Under the pieces are notes generated by a model. It had not been told where the DNA came from, made no database searches, and saw only the letters and a list, made by a program, of their open reading frames with translations. Below are positions 49,501 through 59,592 of a DNA stretch of 64,000 nucleotides, piece by piece; position 1 is the first letter of the stretch, and every line of letters begins with the position of its first letter. This stretch comes from Tepidisphaera sp. GTDB taxonomy: Bacteria; Planctomycetota; Phycisphaerae; Phycisphaerales; UBA1924. The position numbers and the translations under genes are program-made. The DNA lies in contig CP051526.1 in the NCBI GenBank assembly GCA_050916045.1, forward strand, positions 960,001-1,024,000, in the 5' to 3' direction.

Positions 49501-49775
49501 TTCCCGGTGACGACGAAGGACTGCGGCCCTTTCGCGTCCGAAGCCGCGGGGGTCTTCAGCCTGACGATCCAGCGGCCGTCCGGGCCGGCTTTCGTCTCGC
49601 CCGTCGCGCCCCACGACGCTTTGACGGACACGGCTTCGCCCGATGATGCGAACCCGAAAATCGCCGCATCCGTGTTCTGCTGAAGCACGCATCCGTCAGA
49701 AAGAATGCGCGGCATCCGAACATCGGCGTTGGCGGCGGCGGTGAGAAGGACAAAGGGAACGATGGACAGTCGCAT
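46503..49775 (-). CDS. Sialate O-acetylesterase (SGNH) fused to two DUF1080 (3-keto-glycoside hydrolase-like) domains
   Basis: Signal peptide; GEVWLCGGQSNM, WYQGESN, DIHP; inserted galactose-binding-like domain; DUF1080 motifs FNGKDL..W, YENFILELEW, NAGLF, WNHYRV, GYICLESEG, and a second copy ending GPIALQNHG..IQFANI. Confidence 0.88.
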   Translation of the reverse strand: MRLSIVPFVLLTAAANADVRMPRILSDGCVLQQNTDAAIFGFASSGEAVSVKASWGATGETKAGPDGRWIVRLKTPAASDAKGPQSFVVTGNNTVTVNEVLIGEVWLCGGQSNMEWPVRASTDAEKEIASGNDAGLKLFRVEQEPSLWPRSDNRGSWTPTTPATVRDFSAVGYSFGRELRAKLGVPVGLIHCNWGGTRIEPWLSQEAAATFPHTRELASVMDALRDPNRRGELTGSAVERWWTSFDAKGPKLGAGWSAPGFDDSAWKTIPVPSSWNAAMGDGLDQFNGVLYQRVAFEVPAASAGKAATLTLGPIDDRDDAWINGKLVGATRDDGKWNVAREYAVPAGVLVAGRNVLAVRVLDTSGLGGIGGVSSKPEMLAVRIEGGATIPLAGSWKYLKGPTVAEIGSVPATDVQVWSAPSYLYNGMIATLVPHTLRGALWYQGESNRGDGPLYGSMLTGLFADWRKQFQSPEMAFGVVQLAPFTYGGDKGETAAIREQQAKAVAADKAAGLAITMDIGDPKDIHPTNKREVGRRLALWARAKVYGEASLAFRGPTMASFAVEGSSIRVKLAEVDGLKTSDGQAPRHFLIAGENKRFVRAEAKIDGDSVIVSSPAIAKPVHVRYAWDDDCETNLVSGAGLPAAPFRTDGWNDAVVDLALAVEPFRGTDEGLVPIFNGKDLFGEAGGWVNVNCAPSTFTVGKDEAGMPIIRCTGVPTGVIRTAEMYENFILELEWRHLRAGGNAGLFVWSDALTARGQPFTRSIEVQVMDGLKGDWYTSDGDIFPIHGAKMTPLNPRPNGGDRAYPTEARMNASPAWNHYRVVCQNGEISLAVNGKVVTRGKNCSPRKGYICLESEGGPIDFRNIRLKKLPDSATPLEPAQIATGADGWVPLYNGLNLDGWKAKPGMADHWKAEDWTLSFDGKADHLWSEKSYKDFELIADWRWTGQPKEVEYPVILPSGESKKDENGQTVMAKVMSAGDSGIYLRGSDKSQINIWCWPIGSGEVYGYRTDPAMPAAIKAGVTPKAVADRPIGEWNRIHAVMKGDRLTVTLNGVKVIDQAQLPGVNPEGPIALQNHGDPIQFANIFIRERK

Positions 49776-49849
49776 AAGCACCTCGGAGTGAATGGGGAGC
49801 GATTGCAGCGTACCAGACTTCGGGTAAGCTGGAGGCATCCGGAGGTTGC

Positions 49850-50464
49850 ATGCGACCCAATCCTCGCCGGGCCGGACTTGTGTCTCTCCTGTGGTTCTCC
49901 ACACTGCTGCTCTTTTTCGTTGTCGTCAACTACATCGGTGCGACTTTGCTTGTCCTGCCGCGATTCGCTGTGGGTCCCTCTCCCAAAGTCACCGACCTCG
50001 ACCCCGAACTCCGGTGGCCCTCGTGGACGCCGGTGCCGTGGCCGACACCCAAGTCGGTCTACACGGAGACCACCTTTGGGCGGAAGTCCTACAACGCCTT
50101 CGGCCCGGCACCGGACAAACCCGGCGTCAACTCCTTTCAAATGCAAGCCGCGGAGTATGGCTGGCCCATGCCCGTGATCGTGCATTCTCAGCGATGGTGG
50201 GACTGGGGTAATCCCTCGCTCGTGCCACCGGGCAAGACCGCGAACGAACTGAACGACCTTCAGGTCGAGATAAAGCCGTTCGGACTCATCATCCCGGCGA
50301 TCGGAGCGGCGGGCCTCGTGTGGCTTCCGACGGCGGGACTCTGGCTTTTCGTGAGGCACCGCCGGGCTCAGCGTAAACGTTGCGTGGAGTGCGGCTATCC
50401 CGCCGGCGCTGCGCCGGTTTGCACCGAGTGCGGCTCCGCCTTCGACCAGGCCGTCACACGCTGA
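49850..50464 (+). CDS. Membrane protein with C-terminal zinc ribbon
   Basis: N- and C-terminal TMs, GWPM motif, [11 protein letters not shown]...CTECG. Confidence 0.7.
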   Translation: MRPNPRRAGLVSLLWFSTLLLFFVVVNYIGATLLVLPRFAVGPSPKVTDLDPELRWPSWTPVPWPTPKSVYTETTFGRKSYNAFGPAPDKPGVNSFQMQAAEYGWPMPVIVHSQRWWDWGNPSLVPPGKTANELNDLQVEIKPFGLIIPAIGAAGLVWLPTAGLWLFVRHRRAQRKRCVECGYPAGAAPVCTECGSAFDQAVTR

Positions 50465-51602
50465 ACTTCGCAGCCGTCCATTTCGCTGAGGACTTTGAGC
50501 TTTCCACGGTCTTCTCGATGAAATGCACGCCGCGGGCTCCGTCGAGGACGGTGGGGTAGTCGGCAGCGGCTTCGAACCCGCGTTCGGCGCGGATGGCTCG
50601 GCCCGCCGCGCCGTAGATGTTGGCAAACGCTTCGAGGAACGCTTCCGGGTGCCCAGGGGGGATCCGCGAGAAAGCCTTGGCTTCATCGCACAGGTATCCG
50701 TTGCCGCGGCGGAGCACGCGGTCGGGCTCCCCGGGCCTGCGGTGCCAGAGCTCGTTGGGCTCCTCCTGCCGCCAGTCGAGCGTGCCTTCGGTGCCGAAGA
50801 CGCGAAGACGCAGGTCGTTCTCGTGGCCGATCTCGATCTGGCTGGCGATCAGCACGCCGCGCACCCCGCCCGTCAGCCTCAGCAGCAGGTTGGCATCATC
50901 ATCCAGCCGGCGCCCCTCGACGAACGTCGTCAGGTCCGCGCAGATCTCCTCGACGTGCAACCCGGTGACGAACGAGACAAGCTGCTCGGCGTGGCTTCCG
51001 ATGTCGCCGATGGCCCCGCCCGCGCCGCTCCGCGAAGGATCCGTGCGCCAGTCGGCCTGCTTCTGCCCGGAGGCTTCCAGGTTGCTGGCAAGCCACCCCT
51101 GGTTGTACTCGACGATGACCTTGCGGACCTTCCCGATCGCGCCCGATGCGACCATGTGCCGCGCCTGGCGGATCAGCGGGTAGCCCGAATAGTTGTACGT
51201 CACGGCGAAGACGACGTTGCCCTTCTTCGCGGCGGCGGCGAGAGCGCGGGCCTGCTCGGTCGTATGGCAGAGGGGCTTGTCGCAGACGACGTTGATCCCC
51301 GCTTCGGCGAAGGCTTTGGCGACCTCGAAGTGCACGTGGTTGGGCGTGACGATCGACACGAAGTCGATCCGCTCATCCTTGGGGAGCGTGAGCTCGCCTT
51401 CGAGCATGGCCTGCCACGAGGGGTAGTTGCGTCGGTCGGCGAGTCCGAGCTCGCGGCCGGAGTCCTTGGCTCGCGCCGGATCACTCGACAGCGCCCCCGC
51501 CACGAACCCCACGCCGTGATCCATGCACGCGGCGAGGCGGTGGACCGCGCCGATGAATGCTCCCTTGCCGCCGCCGACCATGCCCATTCGAAGCGTTCTC
51601 AT
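50454..51602 (-). CDS. Gfo/Idh/MocA family oxidoreductase
   Basis: [53 protein letters not shown]; start ATG 51602. Confidence 0.93.
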   Translation of the reverse strand: MRTLRMGMVGGGKGAFIGAVHRLAACMDHGVGFVAGALSSDPARAKDSGRELGLADRRNYPSWQAMLEGELTLPKDERIDFVSIVTPNHVHFEVAKAFAEAGINVVCDKPLCHTTEQARALAAAAKKGNVVFAVTYNYSGYPLIRQARHMVASGAIGKVRKVIVEYNQGWLASNLEASGQKQADWRTDPSRSGAGGAIGDIGSHAEQLVSFVTGLHVEEICADLTTFVEGRRLDDDANLLLRLTGGVRGVLIASQIEIGHENDLRLRVFGTEGTLDWRQEEPNELWHRRPGEPDRVLRRGNGYLCDEAKAFSRIPPGHPEAFLEAFANIYGAAGRAIRAERGFEAAADYPTVLDGARGVHFIEKTVESSKSSAKWTAAKFSV

Positions 51603-51745
51603 GGCCGGAGTGTACCGGGGCCAAAGCCACGCTTCAGCACGCACGGGGAACGGGGGAGCAAGCCCGGAAACGTATGAAGGCGCGCACACAGCCTTCTTCC
51701 GGGCTCACTCCCTCATCCCCCGGGGCGATCTTCGGACCTGAGCCT

Positions 51746-52918
51746 TCAGCAGCCCACTTCGTACGCCGCGACGAAGCAGTCGTAGTCGAAGAAGTCGATG
51801 AATCCGTCCTCTTCACAGTCCGCCGTAAGCGTTCCCGCCTGGTACGCCTCGACGAACCCGTCGTAATCGAAGAAGTCGACAAAGCCGTCGCAGTTGAAGT
51901 CGGCGGCGCACGTGGCGGTGATCACCGCGGTGCGGCTCGTCCGATTCCCGCACGGTGAAGAGACGACGACGTCGTAGCTCCCCGCGTCATCCCCCGAATC
52001 GAGCACGTACGTCGAGCCCGTCGCTCCGGAGATCGCCTGCCCGCCGCGACGCCACTGGTACGAGAACGGACCCTGCCCGTCGATGCCGACCGAAAGCGTC
52101 AGCGTCCCGCCGGAACAGATCCTGCCGTCCTGCGGCTCGGCCGTGATGGTGGGAACGCGAACCTGGCCCATCGCCATCTCGCGGATGAAGAGGTTCCCGT
52201 TGGCGTGCCGACCCGGTCCCCCAGTCGGCAGGCCGTCGGCATCGCTCTGGTCCGAATCGTTGGAATCAACCACGTCAAGCCTAAAGCCTCGGATCGTCAC
52301 GTCCCGCACGGTGTACTTCACCGTATAGACCGCGTACTCGGGGTTGGGCCCCTCGACCAGCACAATGCCATCTCCCACGATCCTCAGGTCCGGGTCCTGA
52401 AGCCGGTTGGGTGGCAAAGGATTCCCGACCGTGTCCGCCCACCGGCCCGACACCTCATCGGGGATCATCGTGACCCAGTTCTCCCCCATCAGGCCGCCGG
52501 TGGCTCGCCCATCCGCAAACTGCGTCCGTTCGTCCGTGGTGTAGGAGAGGCGGAACTGTCCAAGCGTGAGATTGCCGCCGCCCTGGTCGGGCGAGTATCC
52601 GCCCGAGAAGATCTTGAAGGTGATCTCAATCGGCGTCGAGGAAGCGGTCAGGTCCTGCTGGGTCTCATAAACAGCGCTCTCTGTGAGGCTTCGATCTCCC
52701 GGGGGTGTGCACCGAACGGTCGCCCAGCTTGTCGAGGGCTGACCGTCGATTGTGCGGCCGGGCGTGAACGTCGCACCGCAGTCCTGCGACCACGACGCGG
52801 TCGCGTTCATCAGCGGAACGTTGAACGGATTGCACTGAGCACCAGCGGTGTTCCCGGCGAGGCATGCCAGACCGATCGCGAGCGGACCAGGAACAACCAA
52901 CAAACGGGCGTTGCGCAT
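51746..52918 (-). CDS. Secreted beta-sandwich + Ig-like protein with GC-type dockerin
   Basis: Signal AGA-Q; GGPGRHANGN module; Ig motifs SYQWRRGG..I.GAT and YDVVVS; C-terminal CAADFNCDGFVDFFDYD..ADCEEDGFIDFFDYD.FV.AYEVGC. Confidence 0.8.
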   Translation of the reverse strand: MRNARLLVVPGPLAIGLACLAGNTAGAQCNPFNVPLMNATASWSQDCGATFTPGRTIDGQPSTSWATVRCTPPGDRSLTESAVYETQQDLTASSTPIEITFKIFSGGYSPDQGGGNLTLGQFRLSYTTDERTQFADGRATGGLMGENWVTMIPDEVSGRWADTVGNPLPPNRLQDPDLRIVGDGIVLVEGPNPEYAVYTVKYTVRDVTIRGFRLDVVDSNDSDQSDADGLPTGGPGRHANGNLFIREMAMGQVRVPTITAEPQDGRICSGGTLTLSVGIDGQGPFSYQWRRGGQAISGATGSTYVLDSGDDAGSYDVVVSSPCGNRTSRTAVITATCAADFNCDGFVDFFDYDGFVEAYQAGTLTADCEEDGFIDFFDYDCFVAAYEVGC

Positions 52919-53319
52919 GGGACACTCCTGGTTGTGGGCCGCAATCGGAACAGATCGAACGCGGCCGCTTGGAACGCGGCGAGAAGCCGGAGGGGAGAGT
53001 CAGGAGACACCCGGCTACTCGCCACGAGTATGGGGCACGGGCTGGAAGAGAAGGGTCAGAGAGTGGGCAACCCGCGCCTCACTCTCAGTAAGCATCAACA
53101 CGTCGAGGGATGCGCATTGTTTCGTCTGAAAAAACGAAAACCTTCACCAAACGCAGGCTTCATTCAGAGAAAGCACCCCCGAGATCACTTCTGCGCGTCA
53201 CGTGAGAGATTTTTCACCCGACGATCGCTGCCGCGGCCGACCCAACTCACGGTGAACCGATGCCACGCTTTGGGGGGCGCTGCCACCGCAAGCCCGCCAA
53301 GCTGGTATCGTGAGTGGTG

Positions 53320-54507
53320 ATGACGGATGCGCCGGCCCAGCTTCTGCCGTCCTTTGCTCCTCCAGCCCCCGCGGAAGCACCCGCGGCCTCTCGGAGGCAG
53401 CCCCTCTGTCCCCGTTGCGACTACGACCTCGCAAGCCTCGTTCCGGCCGACCTTCACGCCAACCCGGAGGGCCGTTGCCCCGAATGCGGGTTCGCATTCG
53501 GTTGGGATCACCTTCTTCGCCAGATTCCCGCTCCGGACTGGTCCCTTGAACCCGAGCCGCCCCGATCATGGACGGACCGGTTTGTGCGCGCGTTCCGAGT
53601 CCTTTCCCGCACCCTCAGGCCCAGGACGCTCTGGCAGGGGCCGTCCGAGCCTCTGCCGGAATCCGGCGGACGGGTCAATCTCATGCTCGCCCATCCTGTT
53701 CACGCAGGCGGCGTGCTTGCGTCGGGCGCGATGACGCTGGCGGCGTCGTGGCTGACGGCGGTGCTCGTCCTTGGGCTGCTTGCGATGGTCTCCTTCGCGT
53801 TGATCATCGTCAGGCATCACGCTTACTCGTCGTACCAAAGCGGGCTGGCGACGGCGATTTCGACCGGTCAGCGCATTCTGCCCCGCTCGACCTTCTCATG
53901 GTTCATCGCCGAGTACGCGCCGAATCTCGCGCTGCCGGGCGTGCCATGGACCACTCCCTCGGCCGACACGCAGCGTCTCATGGTGATGACGATGTGGGTG
54001 GTGGGTTCCGCGCTGGTGATGCCGCTGGCGTTTCTGCTCCTTGGACAGACCATGACCAAGCATCGGGTGCGGCGGCGACATCTGTGGCGCATCGCCGCGT
54101 ACGGGCTGACGCCGCTCCCGCTCGTCGGGCTTGCGTTCTCGCTCGTGTCGTGGACGGCGATGATGCTCGACTGGGTGCGGATCTGGCTGACCAACGCCCG
54201 CGCCGCGGCAGAAGTGAACGTCGCGGCGTATGCGTGGGCCCATCCGGAAAGCGGCTGGGGATGGCTGAAGGTCATCTCGGACCGATCGCTCTACGCGGCT
54301 CAGTTCTGGGTGATGCGTGAGGGCTCGGCGATCGTGACGCTGCTGGCGCTCGGGTTTGTCTGGCTTTTCTGGTTCAGAGCCTCTTCGCGGTACCTCCGCC
54401 TGCCCAGCGCCGCGCTGGACACGTTCCTTCTCCTCGTGGTCTCCGTTCTGGCGACGCCGGCGATCGCGTACGTCGCCGCAATGGGTGTGCGAGCTTTCAC
54501 AGGATGA
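53320..54507 (+). CDS. Polytopic membrane protein with N-terminal zinc ribbon
   Basis: CPRCDYDL...RCPECG, followed by about 5-6 TM helices. Confidence 0.7.
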   Translation: MTDAPAQLLPSFAPPAPAEAPAASRRQPLCPRCDYDLASLVPADLHANPEGRCPECGFAFGWDHLLRQIPAPDWSLEPEPPRSWTDRFVRAFRVLSRTLRPRTLWQGPSEPLPESGGRVNLMLAHPVHAGGVLASGAMTLAASWLTAVLVLGLLAMVSFALIIVRHHAYSSYQSGLATAISTGQRILPRSTFSWFIAEYAPNLALPGVPWTTPSADTQRLMVMTMWVVGSALVMPLAFLLLGQTMTKHRVRRRHLWRIAAYGLTPLPLVGLAFSLVSWTAMMLDWVRIWLTNARAAAEVNVAAYAWAHPESGWGWLKVISDRSLYAAQFWVMREGSAIVTLLALGFVWLFWFRASSRYLRLPSAALDTFLLLVVSVLATPAIAYVAAMGVRAFTG

Positions 54508-54513
54508 CCCGGC

Positions 54514-55506
54514 ATGAACGATCCTGCTCACCCCATGCCGGTTCCCGCTTGCCCGCGCTGCGACTATGACCTCAGCGGCGAGACCGCGACGTGGACGGTT
54601 CAGTGTCCCCTCGAAAGCCGCTGCCCCGAGTGCGGCTTTGATGTCCGCTGGACCTCGATCTTCCGAACAGCGACGCCGCCGGCGTGGAGCGTCGAGCACG
54701 CGGAGGGGCGATGGTGGATGATCGTCGCGAGTGTGTTCCGCTCGGCGTGGCGGGCTTTTCTTCCCCGGCATCTGTGGAGGAAACTCAGCCTGTCGATGCC
54801 GGTCGTGCCCAAGCGTCTCGCGCTGATGCTGGTTGTCTGGCTTGTCGCGTCCTACGTCATGTCGATGGGGCTGATGGCCGCGACGATCTGGGTCGAATCC
54901 TGGATGGAAACCCGCGTGCTCATCAACTCGTACCGCGGCGTAGCCGGCTTCAACCCGGCGGCGTTCACCGTGAAGATCGAGACCGGCCGTTGGTTGTTCC
55001 CGTATTTCAGGACAATGTCGCAGTGGCGCGGCGTGCCGCCCGAGCCGATGATGCTCTGCGTCCTCTTCGCTTTGGTGATGCCGGGGGCGATGGTGCTGAT
55101 GCCGATGTCGCTCAGGCGTGCGAAAGTGCGTCCTCGCCACATCGTGCGGCTCACGGGCTACTGGCTGGTGTGGCTTCCCGTGCTGGCGATCGTTCCCGCG
55201 TGGACGGATTCCCTGTATCGCATGACGGTCCAGTTCCGCTATCAGGTGACGACGCCGTGGCTCGTCGAGGCGATCAAGGCGATCCTCGGCGTTTCCAACG
55301 GCATCGTGACCCTGATCCTGTTCGTGGTCGTTGTCTGGTACTGGCGAGCGGCCGCCAAGCACTACCTCAGGATTCCTCGGCCCGCTCTGGTCGCGGTGGG
55401 GCTGGTCGGGGTCGCCTCCCTCCTGACCCTCGCCGTCGGGTACTTCCTCATCCCGGGAGCGGACGACATCGTGACCCGGATTTTCTACGAGCTTTCCGGC
55501 CGCTGA
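54514..55506 (+). CDS. Polytopic membrane protein with N-terminal zinc ribbon, tandem paralog
   Basis: CPRCDYDL...RCPECG, P.WS.E, MP..M, VR.RH..R and W..A...YLR.P shared with 53320..54507. Confidence 0.7.
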   Translation: MNDPAHPMPVPACPRCDYDLSGETATWTVQCPLESRCPECGFDVRWTSIFRTATPPAWSVEHAEGRWWMIVASVFRSAWRAFLPRHLWRKLSLSMPVVPKRLALMLVVWLVASYVMSMGLMAATIWVESWMETRVLINSYRGVAGFNPAAFTVKIETGRWLFPYFRTMSQWRGVPPEPMMLCVLFALVMPGAMVLMPMSLRRAKVRPRHIVRLTGYWLVWLPVLAIVPAWTDSLYRMTVQFRYQVTTPWLVEAIKAILGVSNGIVTLILFVVVVWYWRAAAKHYLRIPRPALVAVGLVGVASLLTLAVGYFLIPGADDIVTRIFYELSGR

Positions 55507-55556
55507 TCTCTCCAGCCCGGCCGCGAAGCCCCCAAACCCCATCTACCATCCGGCCT

Positions 55557-56840
55557 ATGCCCCAGACGACCAACCCAGCCCAGGCCGACCCCGCGGTTTT
55601 CGACCTCATCGCCAAGGAAGCCGCTCGCCAGGAATCCACCCTCGAGCTCATCGCCAGCGAGAATCACACCTCGCCCGCCGTCATGGCCGCGATGGGAAGC
55701 TGCCTCACCAACAAGTACGCCGAGGGATACCCCGGCGCACGCTATTACGGCGGCTGCGTCTTCCACGACCAGATCGAACAGCTCGCCATCGATCGGGCCA
55801 AGCAGATGTTCGGAGCCCGGTTCGCGAACGTTCAGCCGCACTCGGGCGCCCAAGCCAACGCGGCTGTCTTCATGGCGCTCATGGAGCCCGGATCCACCTT
55901 TCTCTCGCTTGTGCTCAAGGATGGCGGCCACCTCAGCCACGGCATGAAGCTCAACTTCTCCGGCCGGTACTACAACCCCGTCCACTACCCCCTTCACTAC
56001 TCCCCCTCGCACGAGCAGTTTGAGCACATCAACTACGACGCGATGAAGGAAGCCGCCCGTCAGCACCGGCCGAAGGTCATCATGTGCGGCTACTCCGCGT
56101 ATCCACGCACCATCGACTTCGCCAAGTTCCGCGAAGCCGCCGATGAAGTCGGCGCGCTCCTCGTCGCCGACGTCGCCCACATCGCAGGCCTGATCGTCGG
56201 CGGAGCCCATCCAAGCCCCTTCCCGCACGCTCACGTCGTCACGACGACCACGCACAAGACCCTCCGCGGCCCGCGCGGCGGCCTCATCCTCACCAACGAC
56301 GAGGAACTCGCCAAGAAGATCGACAAGTCCGTCTTCCCCGGGATGCAGGGCGGCCCGCTCATGCACGTCATCGCCGCCAAAGCCGTCGCTTTCGGCGAGT
56401 GCCTGCAGCCCTCCTTCAGGACCTACGCCGCCCAGGTCATCGCCAACGCGAAAGCCCTCGCTTCGGCGCTCACCTCGATGGGCTACCGAATCACGACCGG
56501 CGGAACCGACAACCACCTCATGCTCGTGGACCTGCGCCGCAAGAGCGACCAACTCACCGGCGCCGACGCTGAGCGCTGGCTGGAACAAGCCGGGATCATC
56601 TGCAACAAGAACGGCATTCCCGAGGATCCGCGCCCGCCGAAGTTCACCAGCGGCATCCGCCTAGGCACCCCGGCGATCACGACCCGCGGCCTCCGCGAAG
56701 CCGACATGGCCAAGGTTGCCTCGTTCATCGATCGGGTCCTCACCGCGGGCCTCAAGGGCCCGGGCGACCTGGAGGCCGTGGCCGCGCAAGTGCGGTCCGA
56801 GGTTCGTACGATGTGCGGGTCCTTCCCGATGCCACATTGA
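55557..56840 (+). CDS. glyA: Serine hydroxymethyltransferase
   Basis: [63 protein letters not shown]; start ATG 55557. Confidence 0.98.
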   Translation: MPQTTNPAQADPAVFDLIAKEAARQESTLELIASENHTSPAVMAAMGSCLTNKYAEGYPGARYYGGCVFHDQIEQLAIDRAKQMFGARFANVQPHSGAQANAAVFMALMEPGSTFLSLVLKDGGHLSHGMKLNFSGRYYNPVHYPLHYSPSHEQFEHINYDAMKEAARQHRPKVIMCGYSAYPRTIDFAKFREAADEVGALLVADVAHIAGLIVGGAHPSPFPHAHVVTTTTHKTLRGPRGGLILTNDEELAKKIDKSVFPGMQGGPLMHVIAAKAVAFGECLQPSFRTYAAQVIANAKALASALTSMGYRITTGGTDNHLMLVDLRRKSDQLTGADAERWLEQAGIICNKNGIPEDPRPPKFTSGIRLGTPAITTRGLREADMAKVASFIDRVLTAGLKGPGDLEAVAAQVRSEVRTMCGSFPMPH

Positions 56841-57085
56841 CGCACGGTTCGCGCCGCCGGAGATTCCGAGTTTTCTGTCTGGAAGGTCCGCGCAGACGCT
56901 TGTGTCTTGACTCTTTCCGAATTATCTTGACGACTTCGTCGTTCGCTTCAAGATCAGTGGCATCATGGTGCAGCTGGTTTGCGAAGAGTCGGACGGAGGA
57001 GTACATTTGGAAGTTTGGTTTGTGTTTGGTTGACCGCTCCGGGCTTTGGAGCGGCTCCCGTCGCTGCATCACAGGAGATTCGCAG

Positions 57086-59506
57086 ATGGTCCGTATCGAA
57101 GATCTGGTCTGTTACGTGGGGACGGCCGCGGCCATTACCGGCGCGGTCGCGGTGTCGATGCTCAACTCGGCACCCGCCCCCGCCCAGCCGGCGGAGCGTG
57201 AGTCCGGTTCGCGTATGCAGATCGCCGGGTCCAAGCACCTGGTGCAGATCCCTGAGGAGTATCGCCGCGAGCTGATCCAGCACGTCGCGGCCTGCTTTGA
57301 TCCGTTCAACCCGCCCTCGCAGGAGATGATCGACGAGGTCAACGCGCTGTACATCTTCGGCGAGCGGTACAACGTCGGCAGCCGCTGGACGTCGACTGCT
57401 TCGGGCGGCACCGGCTCGCAGGGCGATCCCATCACGCTGCTCTGGTCCTTCGTGCCCGACGGCCTCTCGATTCCGAGCGGCGTCGGCGAGGGCGCGGCCG
57501 CGAGCAACCTCTTCTCCCGCATGGACACGCTTTTCGCCGCTTCGGGCGGACGCGCGGTCTGGGTTCAGCAGTTCGTCCGCAGCTTCGCCCGCTGGGAAGC
57601 CCTCTCCGGCGTCGGCTACGTTCGCGTGACGGTCGGCGGCAACGACTGGGACGACGGAGCCTCCTGGACCTCGAGCGGCTCCGTGGGGCTCCGCGGCGAC
57701 GTCCGCATCTCGATGAAGAACATCGATGGCGGCAGCGGCATTCTCGCGTACAACGCTTTCCCGGGCAATGGCAACGGCGGCAACATGGTCCTGGACTCTT
57801 CGGAGACGTGGCAGGCCTCCGCGAGCAGCTTCCGATTCCTGCGCAACACCATCATGCACGAGCACGGGCACGGTCTCGGCTTCAACCACACGTGCTCGAC
57901 CAACTCGGGCATCCTGATGGAGCCCTTCCTGGCGACCAGCTTCGACGGTCCCCAGCAGGACGACATCCGCGCAGTGCAGCGCAACTACGGCGATCCGTTC
58001 GAGCCCAACAACAACGCGGCGTCCGCGCCCGTGGTGGCCACGCTGAGCACGGTCGGCACGACCACGGTCGGCATCATCCCGACCAACGCTCCTGGTGATT
58101 CGATCACCTATCCGGCGGTTCCCAACGCATCGCTCATCAGCATCGACGCCAACGCAGAGACGGACTTCTGGAAAGCGAGCACGACGGCGAACCTGCTCGC
58201 AACGGTGACGGTGACCCCGATCGGATCGACGTACGACGATTCGGACCAGCAGAACGACGGCTCCTGCCTCACGGGGAACAACTTCAACGCCTTGGCGGTG
58301 GCGGACCTCACGCTTCGCATCACCGATGTCTCCGGCGCGACGACGCTCGCGTTCCAGAACGCCACGACGGTCGGCACGGCCGAGTCCATTCCGACGTTCC
58401 TCCTTTCCGGCAACAGCACCTACAACTTCGTGGTCGCGGAAGCGGACGCGCCGACGCAGTCGCAGCTTTACCGCCTCCAGTTCCAGGTGACCGGGCTGAC
58501 GACGGTCAACGCTTCGGACGGCACTTCGACCAACACCATCAACGTGAACTGGACCAACATCCCGAACAACACGGGGTACCAGGTCTTCCGTTCGACGACC
58601 AACAACTTCGCGACCGCGACGCAGATCGCCACGCCCGCGACCAACACCTTTGCCGACACCGGGCTTCCGTCCGGCCAGTCGTTCTTCTACTGGGTGAAAG
58701 CGACGCAGGCCGTCGGTGGCTTCAACAGCAATCAGTTCGTCGGCGGCCCCGAGCAGGGCTCGACCTCGACGCCGGCCAACCTTCCTCCGACCGCCAACGC
58801 CGGCCCGGACCAGAACGTCCGCGACCCCGAGGGCGACGGCACGCAGAGCGTCACGCTGAACGGCTCGGGCTCGTCCGACTCGGACGGTTCGATCACGAGC
58901 TATGTCTGGAAAGAAGGCCCGACGACCATCGCCACGGGCGTGAACCCGACGGTCAATCTGTCGGCGGGCGTCCACACGATCACGCTCACGGTGACCGATG
59001 ACGACACCGCGACGGGCTCGGACACGGTCGTGGTGACGGTGACCTCCAACGAGGCGCCCAGCGCGGTCGCGGGCGTCGACCAGACGGTGACCGATGCGGA
59101 CAACTCGGGCGCGGAGGTCGTGAACCTCAGCGCTGCGGGCTCCGACGACGGAGACGGCACGATCGTTTCCTACGTCTGGCGCGAGAACGGCCTTGAGATC
59201 GGAACCGGGTTCGACCCGTCGATCAACTTCACCGTGGGCGAGCACATCGTCGAGCTCACGGTGACGGACAACGAGGGTCGCACCGGCACCGACACCATCC
59301 GCATCGTCGTTCAGGAGGGTGTGACGCCGTGCCCGGCTGACTTCAACGGCGACGGGTTCCTGGACTTCTTCGACTACGACGACTTCGTCGCATGCTACGA
59401 GACGGGCGCGTGCCCCGACGGCCGTACGGCGGACTTCAACGGCGACGAATTCGTGGATTTCTTCGACTACGACGAGTTCGTCGGCGCGTTCGAGACGGGC
59501 TGCTGA
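57086..59506 (+). CDS. Matrixin-like (M10) metalloprotease with FN3, 2x PKD and GC-type dockerin
   Basis: HEHGHGLGFNH zinc motif and Met-turn LMEP; DPFEPNN; FN3; PTANAGPDQ PKD repeats; C-terminal CPADFNGDGFLDFFDYDDFV...AFETGC; AGGAG RBS. Confidence 0.88.
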   Translation: MVRIEDLVCYVGTAAAITGAVAVSMLNSAPAPAQPAERESGSRMQIAGSKHLVQIPEEYRRELIQHVAACFDPFNPPSQEMIDEVNALYIFGERYNVGSRWTSTASGGTGSQGDPITLLWSFVPDGLSIPSGVGEGAAASNLFSRMDTLFAASGGRAVWVQQFVRSFARWEALSGVGYVRVTVGGNDWDDGASWTSSGSVGLRGDVRISMKNIDGGSGILAYNAFPGNGNGGNMVLDSSETWQASASSFRFLRNTIMHEHGHGLGFNHTCSTNSGILMEPFLATSFDGPQQDDIRAVQRNYGDPFEPNNNAASAPVVATLSTVGTTTVGIIPTNAPGDSITYPAVPNASLISIDANAETDFWKASTTANLLATVTVTPIGSTYDDSDQQNDGSCLTGNNFNALAVADLTLRITDVSGATTLAFQNATTVGTAESIPTFLLSGNSTYNFVVAEADAPTQSQLYRLQFQVTGLTTVNASDGTSTNTINVNWTNIPNNTGYQVFRSTTNNFATATQIATPATNTFADTGLPSGQSFFYWVKATQAVGGFNSNQFVGGPEQGSTSTPANLPPTANAGPDQNVRDPEGDGTQSVTLNGSGSSDSDGSITSYVWKEGPTTIATGVNPTVNLSAGVHTITLTVTDDDTATGSDTVVVTVTSNEAPSAVAGVDQTVTDADNSGAEVVNLSAAGSDDGDGTIVSYVWRENGLEIGTGFDPSINFTVGEHIVELTVTDNEGRTGTDTIRIVVQEGVTPCPADFNGDGFLDFFDYDDFVACYETGACPDGRTADFNGDEFVDFFDYDEFVGAFETGC

Positions 59507-59532
59507 TCGGTCGACATCAATCCTGTAAATGA

Positions 59533-59570
59533 AGAGGCCCACGGGTATGAACCCGTGGGCTTCTTTGTTT
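59533..59570 (+). terminator. Rho-independent terminator between convergent genes
   Basis: GCCCACGGGT-ATGA-ACCCGTGGGC followed by TTCTTTGTTT. Confidence 0.75.
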
Positions 59571-59592
59571 GGTCAGGGCTGCCGATCTGCGA

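Noticed and set aside
53036..53048. Second REP copy (CACGGGCTGGAAG)
   Set aside because: Only one arm matches; no palindrome or GTAG end.
20302..57086. ORF-track N-terminal extensions for prmC, the FHA gene, beta-barrel, bshB1, fasciclin, glyA and matrixin
   Set aside because: Extensions overlap neighbouring genes or lack homologous content; downstream starts with RBS or family-typical N-termini were used.
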